This document shows, piece after piece, positions 34,580-42,390 of a DNA stretch of 42,390 bases. This stretch comes from an uncultured Nitriliruptoria bacterium (lineage in GTDB: Bacteria; Actinomycetota; Nitriliruptoria; Nitriliruptorales; Nitriliruptoraceae). Below the pieces are notes generated by a model. The model made no database searches and had not been told where the DNA came from. It saw only the letters and a program-made list of their open reading frames with translations. The stretch spans positions 1-42,390 of the forward strand of contig CBDTYW010000001.1 of assembly GCA_965364735.1 (NCBI GenBank). Direction: 5' to 3'. The position numbers were made by a program, and so were the translations under genes. How positions within the stretch are numbered: the first letter of the stretch is position 1; each line of letters starts with the position of its first letter.

Positions 34580-35956
34580 ATGAAGATCCGGTTCTTGGGC
34601 GCCACGGACACGGTCACCGGCTCAAGGTTCCTCGTGGGCCACGACCGGAGCCAGGTGCTCGTTGACTGCGGGCTCTTCCAAGGAGTCCGTGCGGTGCGTG
34701 AGCGGAACTGGGAGCCGTTCCCGGTCGATCCGCATCTCATCGACGCCGTGGTGCTCACGCACGCACACCTCGACCACAGCGGCTATCTGCCTGCGCTCGT
34801 GCGGGATGGATTCCAGGGCGACATCTGGTGCACCCCGCTGACGGCCAAGCTGGTCGCGATCCTGTTGCGAGACTCCGCGTACCTCGCGATGGAGGAGGCG
34901 CGGCATCGCAACAAGCACAAGACGACCCGCCACGACCCGGCGCTCCCCATCTACACCGCGGACGACGCGGAGGCGGCGATCGGGCTGCTCCGGACGCATC
35001 CGTTCGGATCACCGTGGCCGATCGCGGACGGCATGACGGCCTCGTTCACCCGAGCCGGCCACATCCTCGGTGCGGCGTGTGTCCGCCTCGAGAGCTCCGA
35101 TGGCCGGTCGGTCGTCTTCACCGGGGACGTGGGTCGCCCACAGGACCCGGTGATGTTCGCACCCGAACCGCTGCCGGCCGCCGACCACGTCGTCACCGAG
35201 TCGACGTACGGGGATCGCCGGCACCCGGACACCGACGTCTTCGCGGATCTCGCCGCGATCGTGACGCGCACGGTGGAACGTGGGGGAACGGTGTTGATCC
35301 CCAGCTTCGCGGTGGGTCGCGCCCAGCTGCTCCTGCACGTGCTCGCGGTCCTGCGTGCGCGCGGCGAGATCCCAGCGGTCCCGACCTACCTCAACAGCCC
35401 GATGGCGATCTCGGTGACCGAGATCCTGCTTGACGCGATCGGGGAGCACCGGCTCGACGCTGCGGCGTGTCGTCGGATCTCCGCCGACGTCACCTTCGTG
35501 CGCTCCGCCGATCAGTCGCGCGCGCTCACCCAGCAGGGAGGGCCCGGCATCGTCGTCACGGCGAGCGGGATGATGACGGGTGGCCGCGTTCTCCATCATC
35601 TCATCAAGCTCGGGCCGGACAGTCGCAACACGATCCTGCTTCCGGGCTACCAAGCGGTCGGGACCCGTGGACGAGCGATCGCGAACGGCGCGGAGTCCGT
35701 TCGGGTGTTCGGGCGGGACGTGCCGATCCGGGCGGAAGTGGTCGAGATCGGCGCGCTCAGCGCCCACGCCGACGCCGACGAGCTGGTGGCCTGGCTCGGC
35801 GGGACGGAGGCTCCCGCCATGGCTCACGTCGTGCACGGTGAGCCCGAGGCGGCCGACGTCTTCCGTCGGAAGCTGCGTGACGAGCTGGGCTGGTCTGTTC
35901 GCGTCGCACGGTTCGGCGAGACGGTCGATGTCAACGCGAGAGAGGTCCACGCATGA
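34580..35956 (+). CDS. MBL-fold metallo-hydrolase with beta-CASP / RNA-specificity domain
   Basis: HAHLDHSG is the HxHxDH motif, with TESTYGDR and LSAHADADEL downstream. ATG 34580 has GGAG 6 nt upstream. Confidence 0.85.
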   Translation: MKIRFLGATDTVTGSRFLVGHDRSQVLVDCGLFQGVRAVRERNWEPFPVDPHLIDAVVLTHAHLDHSGYLPALVRDGFQGDIWCTPLTAKLVAILLRDSAYLAMEEARHRNKHKTTRHDPALPIYTADDAEAAIGLLRTHPFGSPWPIADGMTASFTRAGHILGAACVRLESSDGRSVVFTGDVGRPQDPVMFAPEPLPAADHVVTESTYGDRRHPDTDVFADLAAIVTRTVERGGTVLIPSFAVGRAQLLLHVLAVLRARGEIPAVPTYLNSPMAISVTEILLDAIGEHRLDAAACRRISADVTFVRSADQSRALTQQGGPGIVVTASGMMTGGRVLHHLIKLGPDSRNTILLPGYQAVGTRGRAIANGAESVRVFGRDVPIRAEVVEIGALSAHADADELVAWLGGTEAPAMAHVVHGEPEAADVFRRKLRDELGWSVRVARFGETVDVNAREVHA

Positions 35957-38571
35957 GCGGTCACTGGGTCCGGACGTTCCACGAAGGGTCGGCCGAGGAG
36001 CGTGATCTGCTTGGCGGCAAGGGCGCCAACCTCGCGGAGATGACGAGGATGGGCCTTCCGGTCCCCGCCGGGTTCACGGTGACCACGGACGCCTGCCGCA
36101 GCTACCTGTCGTCGGGAGGGCAGCTGCCGGACGGGCTCGCGCAGGAGATCGACGTTGCCGTCGCGGCCGTCGAGGCACAGCAGGGGAAGCGCTACGGCGA
36201 CGTCGATGACCCGTTGCTGCTGTCGGTGCGGTCGGGAGCGCGGTTCTCGATGCCCGGGATGATGGACACCGTCCTGGACCTCGGTCTCAACCCGGCGTCG
36301 GTCGCGGGGCTCGCGCGTGCGACCGGTGACCCGAGGTTCGCTGCGGACAGCTGGCGTCGGCTCACCGAGATGTTCTCCACCGTCGTGCTGGGCGTAGACG
36401 CTGGCGTGATGCGGTCGCTGCGGGACGAGCACTGCGAGACGCACGGGGTGGACGATCCGAGCGCGCTGGACGCTGATGCGACCACCGGGCTCGTCGAGGC
36501 GTACCGGGCGGCGGTGCTCCTCGAGACCGGGGACCCATTCCCCGACGACCCACGTGCCCAGCTCCACGCGTCCGTCGAGGCGGTGTTCCGCTCCTGGAAC
36601 GGTCGACGCGCACGTGACTATCGACGGCTCGAAGGGATCGGCGACGATCTCGGCACGGCGGTCAACGTCCAGGCGATGGTGTTCGGCAACCTCGGCGCGG
36701 ACTCCGGATCGGGGGTGGTCTTCACGCGTGATCCGGCGACCGGGGAGGCGCAGCCATACGGCGACTTCCTCATGGGTGCGCAGGGTGAGGACGTCGTGGC
36801 GGGCGTCCGCATCACCCGCCCGTTCAGCGAGCTCGCCCAGGTGGCGCCGGAGTGCCACGCGCAGCTCGTCTCGGCGCTCGACACGCTCGAAGCACGGTTC
36901 CTCGACATGTGCGACGTCGAGTTCACGATCGAGCGCGGCAAGCTCTGGGTCCTGCAGACCCGCGTCGGCAAGCGCAGCGCCGCCGCGGCGCTCCGCATCG
37001 CTGTGGAGCTCGTCGACGAGGGCGTGATCGAGCCGGTTGAGGCGGTTCGGCGGTTCTCGCCGGAACAGCTCGAGCGGCTCCTGCACCCGCGCTTCGATCC
37101 GTCCGTCCCACGCGAGGTCCTCACGACCGGGCTGGCCGCGTCTCCGGGCGCCGCCAGCGGGGTGGTCTGCCTGACCGCGGACGAGGCCGTCGCAGCTTCC
37201 GCGAACGGGCCGGTCATCCTCGTCCGCGTCGAGACCTCTCCGGACGACCTGCACGGGTTGGTCGCGGCGCAAGGAGTCCTGACGAGTCGCGGCGGCCTCG
37301 TCAGCCATGCTGCGGTGGTGGCTCGTGGACTCGGCAAGCCCGCGGTGTGCGGGGCGGCCGACGTCGTCATCGACCTGGGCGCGCGGACGCTGCGTGTCGG
37401 CGACGTCACCGTCGACGCGGGGGACCGGATCTCGATCGACGGCTCGTCGGGAGAGGTCGTGCGGGGAGATGTCCCCGTCGTTGCCGCGTCCCCGGGCAAG
37501 GAGCTGGAACGGTTGCTGCTGTGGGCGGACGATCACCGTCGTCTGGGTGTGCGGGCCAACGCAGACACGGCAACCGACGCCCGTGTGGCTCGCAGCTTCG
37601 GTGCTGAGGGCATCGGGCTGTGCCGCACCGAGCACATGTTCTTCGGCGAACGGCTGCCGATCGTCCAGCGGGTGATCCTTGCCGATGATGAGGCGACTCA
37701 ACAGTCGGCGCTCGAGGCGCTCCGCGTCCAGCAGCACGACGACTTCGTCGCCCTGTTCGCCGAGATGGACGGGCTTCCGGTGACCGTCCGGCTGCTCGAT
37801 CCACCGCTGCACGAGTTCCTCCCGGACGTCGAGACGCTGCTGATCCGGCGGGCGACCGCTGGGCTGGACGCCGACGAGGACCGTCAGCTCGAAGCTGCTC
37901 TGCGGTGGCGGGAGCACGATCCGATGCTCGGCGTCCGTGGTGTTCGCCTCGGCATCCTGATCCCGGAGCTCTATCGGATGCAGGTGCGCGCGGTGGTCAC
38001 GGCCGTCATGGAACGCGAGGACGCGGGGGGCGATCCGCGGGTGCAGATCATGATCCCGTTGACGGTCAGCTCCCGGGAGCTGGCGCACGCGGCAGCCGAC
38101 GTGCGCGCGACCATCGCGACCGCGCTCGGCGGACGAACGCTCGAGCACGACATCCACGTCGGCACGATGATCGAGACGCCGCGTGCTGCGCTCGTGGCCA
38201 ACGAGCTGGCCGACACGGCCGACTTCTTCTCGTTCGGGACCAACGACCTGACGCAGATGGTCTTCGGCTTCTCCCGTGACGACGTCGAGGCGCGGATGAT
38301 GCCGCGCTACCTCTCGCTCGGACTGCTCGCGGCGGACCCGTTCGCATCGATCGACGTCGTGGGCGTGGGCCGCATGGTCCGGATGGCGACGGACGCGATC
38401 CGGGCGCGCGCTGACGACCTGGAGGTCGGCGTCTGCGGTGAGCACGGGGGTGACCCGAGGAGCATCGCGTTCTTCGAGGACGCGGGGCTCGACTACGTCT
38501 CGTGCAGCCCGTACCGCATCCCGGTCGCTCGGCTCTCCGCAGCTCGGGCGGCCATGACCGCGCGCGACTGA
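35953..38571 (+). CDS. ppdK: Pyruvate, phosphate dikinase
   Basis: It has LLGGKGANLAEM (ATP-grasp), TSRGGLVSHAAVVARGLGKP (phospho-His), and GLCRTEHMF, FFSFGTNDLTQM and CGEHGGDP (TIM barrel). The 872-aa length is typical. It overlaps the MBL gene at ATGA. Confidence 0.95.
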   Translation: MSGHWVRTFHEGSAEERDLLGGKGANLAEMTRMGLPVPAGFTVTTDACRSYLSSGGQLPDGLAQEIDVAVAAVEAQQGKRYGDVDDPLLLSVRSGARFSMPGMMDTVLDLGLNPASVAGLARATGDPRFAADSWRRLTEMFSTVVLGVDAGVMRSLRDEHCETHGVDDPSALDADATTGLVEAYRAAVLLETGDPFPDDPRAQLHASVEAVFRSWNGRRARDYRRLEGIGDDLGTAVNVQAMVFGNLGADSGSGVVFTRDPATGEAQPYGDFLMGAQGEDVVAGVRITRPFSELAQVAPECHAQLVSALDTLEARFLDMCDVEFTIERGKLWVLQTRVGKRSAAAALRIAVELVDEGVIEPVEAVRRFSPEQLERLLHPRFDPSVPREVLTTGLAASPGAASGVVCLTADEAVAASANGPVILVRVETSPDDLHGLVAAQGVLTSRGGLVSHAAVVARGLGKPAVCGAADVVIDLGARTLRVGDVTVDAGDRISIDGSSGEVVRGDVPVVAASPGKELERLLLWADDHRRLGVRANADTATDARVARSFGAEGIGLCRTEHMFFGERLPIVQRVILADDEATQQSALEALRVQQHDDFVALFAEMDGLPVTVRLLDPPLHEFLPDVETLLIRRATAGLDADEDRQLEAALRWREHDPMLGVRGVRLGILIPELYRMQVRAVVTAVMEREDAGGDPRVQIMIPLTVSSRELAHAAADVRATIATALGGRTLEHDIHVGTMIETPRAALVANELADTADFFSFGTNDLTQMVFGFSRDDVEARMMPRYLSLGLLAADPFASIDVVGVGRMVRMATDAIRARADDLEVGVCGEHGGDPRSIAFFEDAGLDYVSCSPYRIPVARLSAARAAMTARD

Positions 38572-38630
38572 GTGCCGAGCGGACAGATGCGCGTGTGGCG
38601 CTTGACGGCGCAGACGTTCGATGATTACCT

Positions 38631-38662
38631 AACACTGTTCGGAAATCCTTACAGTGTTCGGA
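38631..38662. promoter_or_regulatory. Candidate TetR operator: two copies of ACA(C/G)TGTTCGGA 20 bp apart, also forming an 8-bp inverted repeat AACACTGT-N12-ACAGTGTT
   Basis: Read directly: 38631-38638 is the reverse complement of 38651-38658. The site lies immediately upstream of, or overlapping, the TetR start. Confidence 0.5.
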
Positions 38663-38671
38663 GAGCTGGTG

Positions 38672-39250
38672 GTGACGCGCGTGGAGACCCGCCGGGCAGC
38701 GACCCGCGAGCGCATCGTCGAGGCTGCGTCGGCGATGGTCAGCGAGCGAGGGCTGCACGGCCTCGTGATGCGCGATCTCGCGGAGGCGGTCGGGATGCGG
38801 GCGCCCTCCCTGTACGAGTACTTCGGCAGCAAGGCCGCGATCTGGTCGGCGTTGTTCCAGAAGGGATACGTGGACCTGGCCGCGCGGCTCGACGATGTCG
38901 ATCGGGACGGCCTCGGCGGTCGTGCGCTGGCCTCGCGGATGCTGCACGCGTGGATCGCGTTCTGCTGCGAGGACTGGGTCCGCTACCAGCTCATGTTCAC
39001 CCGGGTCCTCGGGGACTGGTCGCCGAGCGAGGATGCCTACGCGGCATCCATCGCGACGTACGCATCCATGGTCCGTGATCTCGGCGCGGCGGGGATCTCC
39101 GAGCAGCGCGAGGTCGACCTGCTGACCGCCATGACGGCGGGCCTCGTCGCGCAGCAGTTCGCCAATGACCCGGACGGCGATCGCTGGATCGGGCTCGCCG
39201 ATGACGCGACCCAGATGTTCTTCAACCATGTGGAAGGCAACGCATCATGA
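38672..39250 (+). CDS. TetR-family transcriptional regulator
   Basis: The HTH is LVMRDLAEAVGMRAPSLYEYFGSK. I chose GTG 38672 (GGAGAG 6 nt upstream). GTG 38654, 38669 and 38681 are in-frame alternatives. Confidence 0.8.
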   Translation: MTRVETRRAATRERIVEAASAMVSERGLHGLVMRDLAEAVGMRAPSLYEYFGSKAAIWSALFQKGYVDLAARLDDVDRDGLGGRALASRMLHAWIAFCCEDWVRYQLMFTRVLGDWSPSEDAYAASIATYASMVRDLGAAGISEQREVDLLTAMTAGLVAQQFANDPDGDRWIGLADDATQMFFNHVEGNAS

Positions 39251-40026
39251 TGACCACCGACACCATCGACCTCGGCGACCTGCGGCCCATCGACCGCACC
39301 GAGGCCCGTGCTCTCGGGCTGGCCGCGTACGAGCAGCTGTTCCTGCTGCTCGAGGACCTGGACGACAGCGAATGGCGCCGTCCGACCGTCTGCGCTGAGT
39401 GGACGGTGGACGACATGGTTGGGCACCTGCTCGGCGCCGCGAAGAGCATGGCGTCGATGCGCGAGATGATCCGCCAGCAGGCGTACGGCAAGCGTCACGC
39501 CCGCGACCACGGGGGCAATGCGCTCGACGCGACCAACGACCTCCAGGTCCGCGACCACGTCGACCTCGCTCCGGCCGGGAAGGTCGCCGCGTTGCGGTCG
39601 ATCGCGGAACGCGCGGTCACCAAGCGCACCGGGCTGCCCGGGCTCGTCCGGCGGATTCCCGTCCCGCTCGACGTGGATGCCGGCTCGTTCCCGGACGACG
39701 CTCCCAGCTCGGTCTCGCTCGGCCACGTCAACGAGATCCTCTACCTGCGGGACTCGTGGCTCCACCGCGTCGACATCGCTCGCGCGACGGGTCGCGACGC
39801 GCGCGTCGACCGTGATGCGGACGTCCGCATCCTCGAGGACGTCGTGATCGAGTGGGCCCGTGCTCACGGGCAGCCGTTCACGCTGCGGTTCGAGGATGCG
39901 ATCGGGCGCACCTACCGGCACGGCACGGGCGGCGAAGCGATCACGACGACCGCTGAGGACTTCGCCTTCGCCGTGACGCGTCGCGCGCCGGCCGACGGGC
40001 TGCTGAGCACGTTCGTGCTGTTCTGA
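39247..40026 (+). CDS. DinB-fold / mycothiol-dependent maleylpyruvate isomerase N-terminal domain family protein
   Basis: TVCAEWTVDDMVGHLLGA is the N-terminal signature. It overlaps the TetR gene at ATGA. Confidence 0.7.
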   Translation: MMTTDTIDLGDLRPIDRTEARALGLAAYEQLFLLLEDLDDSEWRRPTVCAEWTVDDMVGHLLGAAKSMASMREMIRQQAYGKRHARDHGGNALDATNDLQVRDHVDLAPAGKVAALRSIAERAVTKRTGLPGLVRRIPVPLDVDAGSFPDDAPSSVSLGHVNEILYLRDSWLHRVDIARATGRDARVDRDADVRILEDVVIEWARAHGQPFTLRFEDAIGRTYRHGTGGEAITTTAEDFAFAVTRRAPADGLLSTFVLF

Positions 40027-40075
40027 CACGCTGGCTGGCATACGGTCTGCGGTCCTCCGCCGAACGGAACCTTCG

Positions 40076-40555
40076 ATGTCGCGTGCCAGCTCGATCGTTT
40101 CCAGGATCGCTCAGACGCCTGCGGTGACGAAGTTCATGAGCAATCACGTCGACACGATCGACGGGACGGTCCGCAAGCTCACCGGCGGGCGGATCAGCTC
40201 GATCACGGGCTGGTTCTTCCCGGAGCTCGTCCTGCGCTCGGTCGGGGCGAAGTCCGGTCAGGCGAGGGAGAACACGCTGCTGTTCGCCCGCGACGCAGAG
40301 GGCACGCCCCACATCGTCGGGACGAACTTCGGAGGGGACTCCCATCCCGCCTGGACGTTCAACCTGGTCACGCACCCGGGCGTGCGGATCGTCATCGACC
40401 AGGTCGAGCATGACGTCACCGCCGTCCAGCTGAGCCCGGACGAGATGGCGGAGATGTGGCCGCGCTTCGACGACGTGTACTCCGGCTACGCCAGCTACCG
40501 CGAGCAGGTCGGCGAGTCCCGTCAGCTCCGGATGTTCCGACTCGATCCCCGCTGA
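40076..40555 (+). CDS. Deazaflavin (F420)-dependent nitroreductase family protein (Ddn/DUF385-like)
   Basis: GAKSGQARENTLLFARD...IVGTNFGGDSHPAWTFNLVTHPGVRI matches the Ddn-family core pattern. Confidence 0.8.
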   Translation: MSRASSIVSRIAQTPAVTKFMSNHVDTIDGTVRKLTGGRISSITGWFFPELVLRSVGAKSGQARENTLLFARDAEGTPHIVGTNFGGDSHPAWTFNLVTHPGVRIVIDQVEHDVTAVQLSPDEMAEMWPRFDDVYSGYASYREQVGESRQLRMFRLDPR

Positions 40556-40572
40556 GCGGGAGGTGAGCAGCC

Positions 40573-42390
40573 GTGAACCCGATCTTTCAGCTGGCATCCT
40601 CGGCAGCGCGCAAGCGTCGTGAGGAACGTCGTCTCCCGCGACCGGGAGCTCCCAGCCTCGGGCGACTCGTCGTCGAGGAGATCGGCTGGGCGATCCGAGA
40701 CGCGTGGCACCCGGCGAAGTTCCTGACGGCGGCGGTCGTCGCGGTCGGGGCGGGTGCGGTGCTCGGCCCGAACACGCCCGGCCCCGTCCTCGGGGCAGGC
40801 TGGCGGCTCGCCGTCGCGGTCGTCCTCGGCTTCCTTGCCCTTGCGGTCGCGCACGCCATGCTGCGCAGACCGCGTGAGGACTCGGCCGACGACTTCGTCT
40901 ACGTCCTCAGGATCTCGTTGGCCATGACCTCGACGATCCTCGTGACCACCGTCATCGTCGCGTACCTGCTGGCGGCGGTGACCGGTGCCGAGCCCGGAGC
41001 AGGCGCGCCTGCGCTCGACGCCGGGCTCGACGTCGACCCGCTGGTGTTGGGCATCGCCGCCATGCTCGGGCTCGGGGTGTTGTCAACCGCTCTGGTCGAG
41101 CGCGTCGCGGTCCCCGGCGCCTTGGTGTTCCTCGGTCTGGGGATGGTGATCGGTGACGACGGGCTCGGCCTGGTGCAGCTCGATGACCCTCGGCTCGTGC
41201 AGAGCATTGCAGTCGTCGGCCTGGTGGTCGTGCTGTTCAACGGTGGGCTCGGGACGACGGTCAAGCAGCTGAAGCTCGGTCTCGGGCCCGGGATGGTGCT
41301 CTCGACCGTCGGCGTCGCGCTGACGGCGGGGACGACGGCGCTGGGTGCGATCGCCCTGCTTGACGTGGAGCCCCGGCTCGCGTGGCTCCTGGGCGCGATC
41401 GTCGCGTCGACCGACGCCACCGCGGTGTTCGCGCTCGTGCGTCGGGCGCCGCTCCCGAAGCGACTGGCCGCCATCATCCAGATCGAGTCCGGTGCGAACG
41501 ACCCCGTCGCGATCCTGCTGACGGTTGGCCTGATCGCGAGCTGGACGACGCCGCCGGACGCGGGGGCGTGGTTGGCCTTCGGAGCGATCCAGCTCATCGG
41601 AGGACTCGTCGTCGGGGTGGGCGGCGGCTGGCTCGGCGCGCGCCTGATGCAGCGGGTCCCGCTCGCCAGTTCGGGCCTGCTCCCCATCCTCGCCTTGTCC
41701 GCAGCTGGGGTCACCTACGGCGTCGGCGTGAGGATCGGCGCCTCGGGCTTCCTCGCGACCTACGTCGCTGGGGTGGTCCTGAGCGCCGAGCTCCCACGAC
41801 GTCGGTGGGTCGTGAGGTCGTTCACGGGGGCGCTTGCGAGCGGCATCGAGGTGGGGCTGTTCCTCCTGCTCGGACTGCTCGTCTTCCCGTCTCGGCTTCC
41901 CGAGGTCGCGGCCGTGTCGCTGGGTCTCGTCGGCCTGCTGCTGTTCGTCGCGCGACCGCTGGCGGTCGTCGTCAGCCTGCTGCCGTTCTCGATCCCGCCA
42001 CGAGAGATGACCGCAATCAGCTGGCTCGGGCTCCGAGGAGCCGTCCCGATCGTGCTCGCCACGATCGCCTTCTCGGCGGGGATCGACGAGGCGAGCCTGA
42101 TCTTCGACGTGGTCTTCTTCGTCGTCTTGGCGTCGACCGTCGTGCAGTGGCTGACCGCAGGACCCGTCGTGCGGGCGCTGGGACTCGAGACGCCCGCTGA
42201 TCCGAGCGACGGGATCGTGCACGCGACCCCGCTCGACGACGTCGCGTTGGACATCGTCGAGGTCGATCTCGAGCCGTCATCGCCGCTCGTCGGTCGTCGG
42301 CGAATGGTTCGGGGTCTACGGCTGGTAGAAGGAGACCTCGCAAGTCGCAAGTCGCAACGAAAGCATCGAGATCTCAGTAAGAGTGAAGTG
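40573..42390 (+). CDS. K+(Na+)/H+ antiporter, CPA1 NhaP2/CvrA-like, with ~150-aa N-terminal membrane extension; no stop before window end, and the C-terminal TrkA-C region appears interrupted
   Basis: This ORF is not in the track because it has no stop. Frame 1 is open from TGA 40564-40566 to nt 42390. GTG 40573 has GGGAGG 9 nt upstream. Core motifs are VFLGLGMVIGDDGLG, STDATAVFALV and ESGANDPVAILL. Confidence 0.75.
   Translation, partial: MNPIFQLASSAARKRREERRLPRPGAPSLGRLVVEEIGWAIRDAWHPAKFLTAAVVAVGAGAVLGPNTPGPVLGAGWRLAVAVVLGFLALAVAHAMLRRPREDSADDFVYVLRISLAMTSTILVTTVIVAYLLAAVTGAEPGAGAPALDAGLDVDPLVLGIAAMLGLGVLSTALVERVAVPGALVFLGLGMVIGDDGLGLVQLDDPRLVQSIAVVGLVVVLFNGGLGTTVKQLKLGLGPGMVLSTVGVALTAGTTALGAIALLDVEPRLAWLLGAIVASTDATAVFALVRRAPLPKRLAAIIQIESGANDPVAILLTVGLIASWTTPPDAGAWLAFGAIQLIGGLVVGVGGGWLGARLMQRVPLASSGLLPILALSAAGVTYGVGVRIGASGFLATYVAGVVLSAELPRRRWVVRSFTGALASGIEVGLFLLLGLLVFPSRLPEVAAVSLGLVGLLLFVARPLAVVVSLLPFSIPPREMTAISWLGLRGAVPIVLATIAFSAGIDEASLIFDVVFFVVLASTVVQWLTAGPVVRALGLETPADPSDGIVHATPLDDVALDIVEVDLEPSSPLVGRRRMVRGLRLVEGDLASRKSQRKHRDLSKSEV
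42338..42358. repeat. Tandem 7-mer repeat TCGCAAG TCGCAAG TCGCAAC inside the low-GC terminal segment
   Basis: Read directly. Coordinates cross-checked against the TTG starts of minus-strand ORFs at 42343 and 42350. Confidence 0.7.

Noticed and set aside
35824-38445. 873-aa minus-strand ORF
   Set aside because: It lies antisense to ppdK, whose identity is unambiguous. This is a high-GC open-frame artefact.
38572-39078. 168-aa plus-strand ORF starting right after ppdK
   Set aside because: It is in a different frame from the TetR gene, which has a clear HTH. Its sequence is Arg/Gly-rich without motifs.
40522-40859. Two minus-strand ORFs (110 and 90 aa) in the apparent gap after the Ddn gene
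   Set aside because: The plus-strand frame 1 is open here, with an SD site, a GTG start and high third-position GC, and it continues into the antiporter. The ORF track omitted it only because it has no stop in the window.
42338-42358. Possibility that the short tandem repeat is a CRISPR array
   Set aside because: The 7-nt units are directly adjacent with no spacers, and there are only three copies. This is not CRISPR-like.
1-42390. Scan for tRNA, rRNA, riboswitch-like or integrase/transposase genes
   Set aside because: No intergenic region over 120 nt showed a tRNA T-arm (GGTTCGAATCC-like) or a recognisable RNA motif, and no recombinase-like ORF was found. This was a scan by eye only, so small RNAs cannot be excluded.

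Overview
Very high-GC (about 70% by eye, not computed) chromosomal segment that looks actinobacterial. Supporting markers are a Ddn-type F420 oxidoreductase, a mycothiol-type DinB protein, a DesA3/Rv3230c-like desaturase pair and LPXTG proteins. I call 40 protein-coding genes, densely packed and often translationally coupled through ATGA overlaps. I saw no rRNA, tRNA or CRISPR array, and no clear transposase or integrase. Content in order: an OpuC-like osmoprotectant ABC transporter (5' truncated); DUF1684; a KhtT/KhtU-like cation:proton antiporter pair; a GerMN lipoprotein; a cupin; a secreted protein with an uncharacterised N-domain plus three CWB2 repeats; an MFS transporter with a fused soluble tail; a rhodanese lipoprotein and a SAM methyltransferase; two divergent LPXTG-anchored hydrolases sharing a perfect 12-bp palindrome; DUF4870; an SQR-like flavoprotein/DUF1641/TusE-type DsrC/DsrE operon; a CMD and CoA-transferase pair; MOSC; a P450; a PucR regulator and alpha/beta hydrolase divergent from a reductase and membrane desaturase; BdbC-type DsbB and TlpA; an unknown polytopic membrane protein; a P-type ATPase and CaCA antiporter; a beta-CASP MBL hydrolase coupled to ppdK; a TetR/DinB/Ddn module; and a 3'-truncated NhaP-type antiporter. 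Nothing here matches a recognisable defence, secretion or biosynthetic system. The best candidates for something undescribed are (1) the four-gene sulfur-relay operon, (2) a ~55-nt direct repeat that exactly brackets the hydrolase gene, (3) the divergent LPXTG hydrolase pair with its shared palindrome, (4) the CWB2 surface protein with an unknown N-domain, and (5) an abrupt composition break with a 7-mer tandem repeat at the 3' window edge. All family assignments come from motif recognition by eye, without searches. Most long ORFs in the track are antisense shadows typical of high-GC DNA and were rejected.
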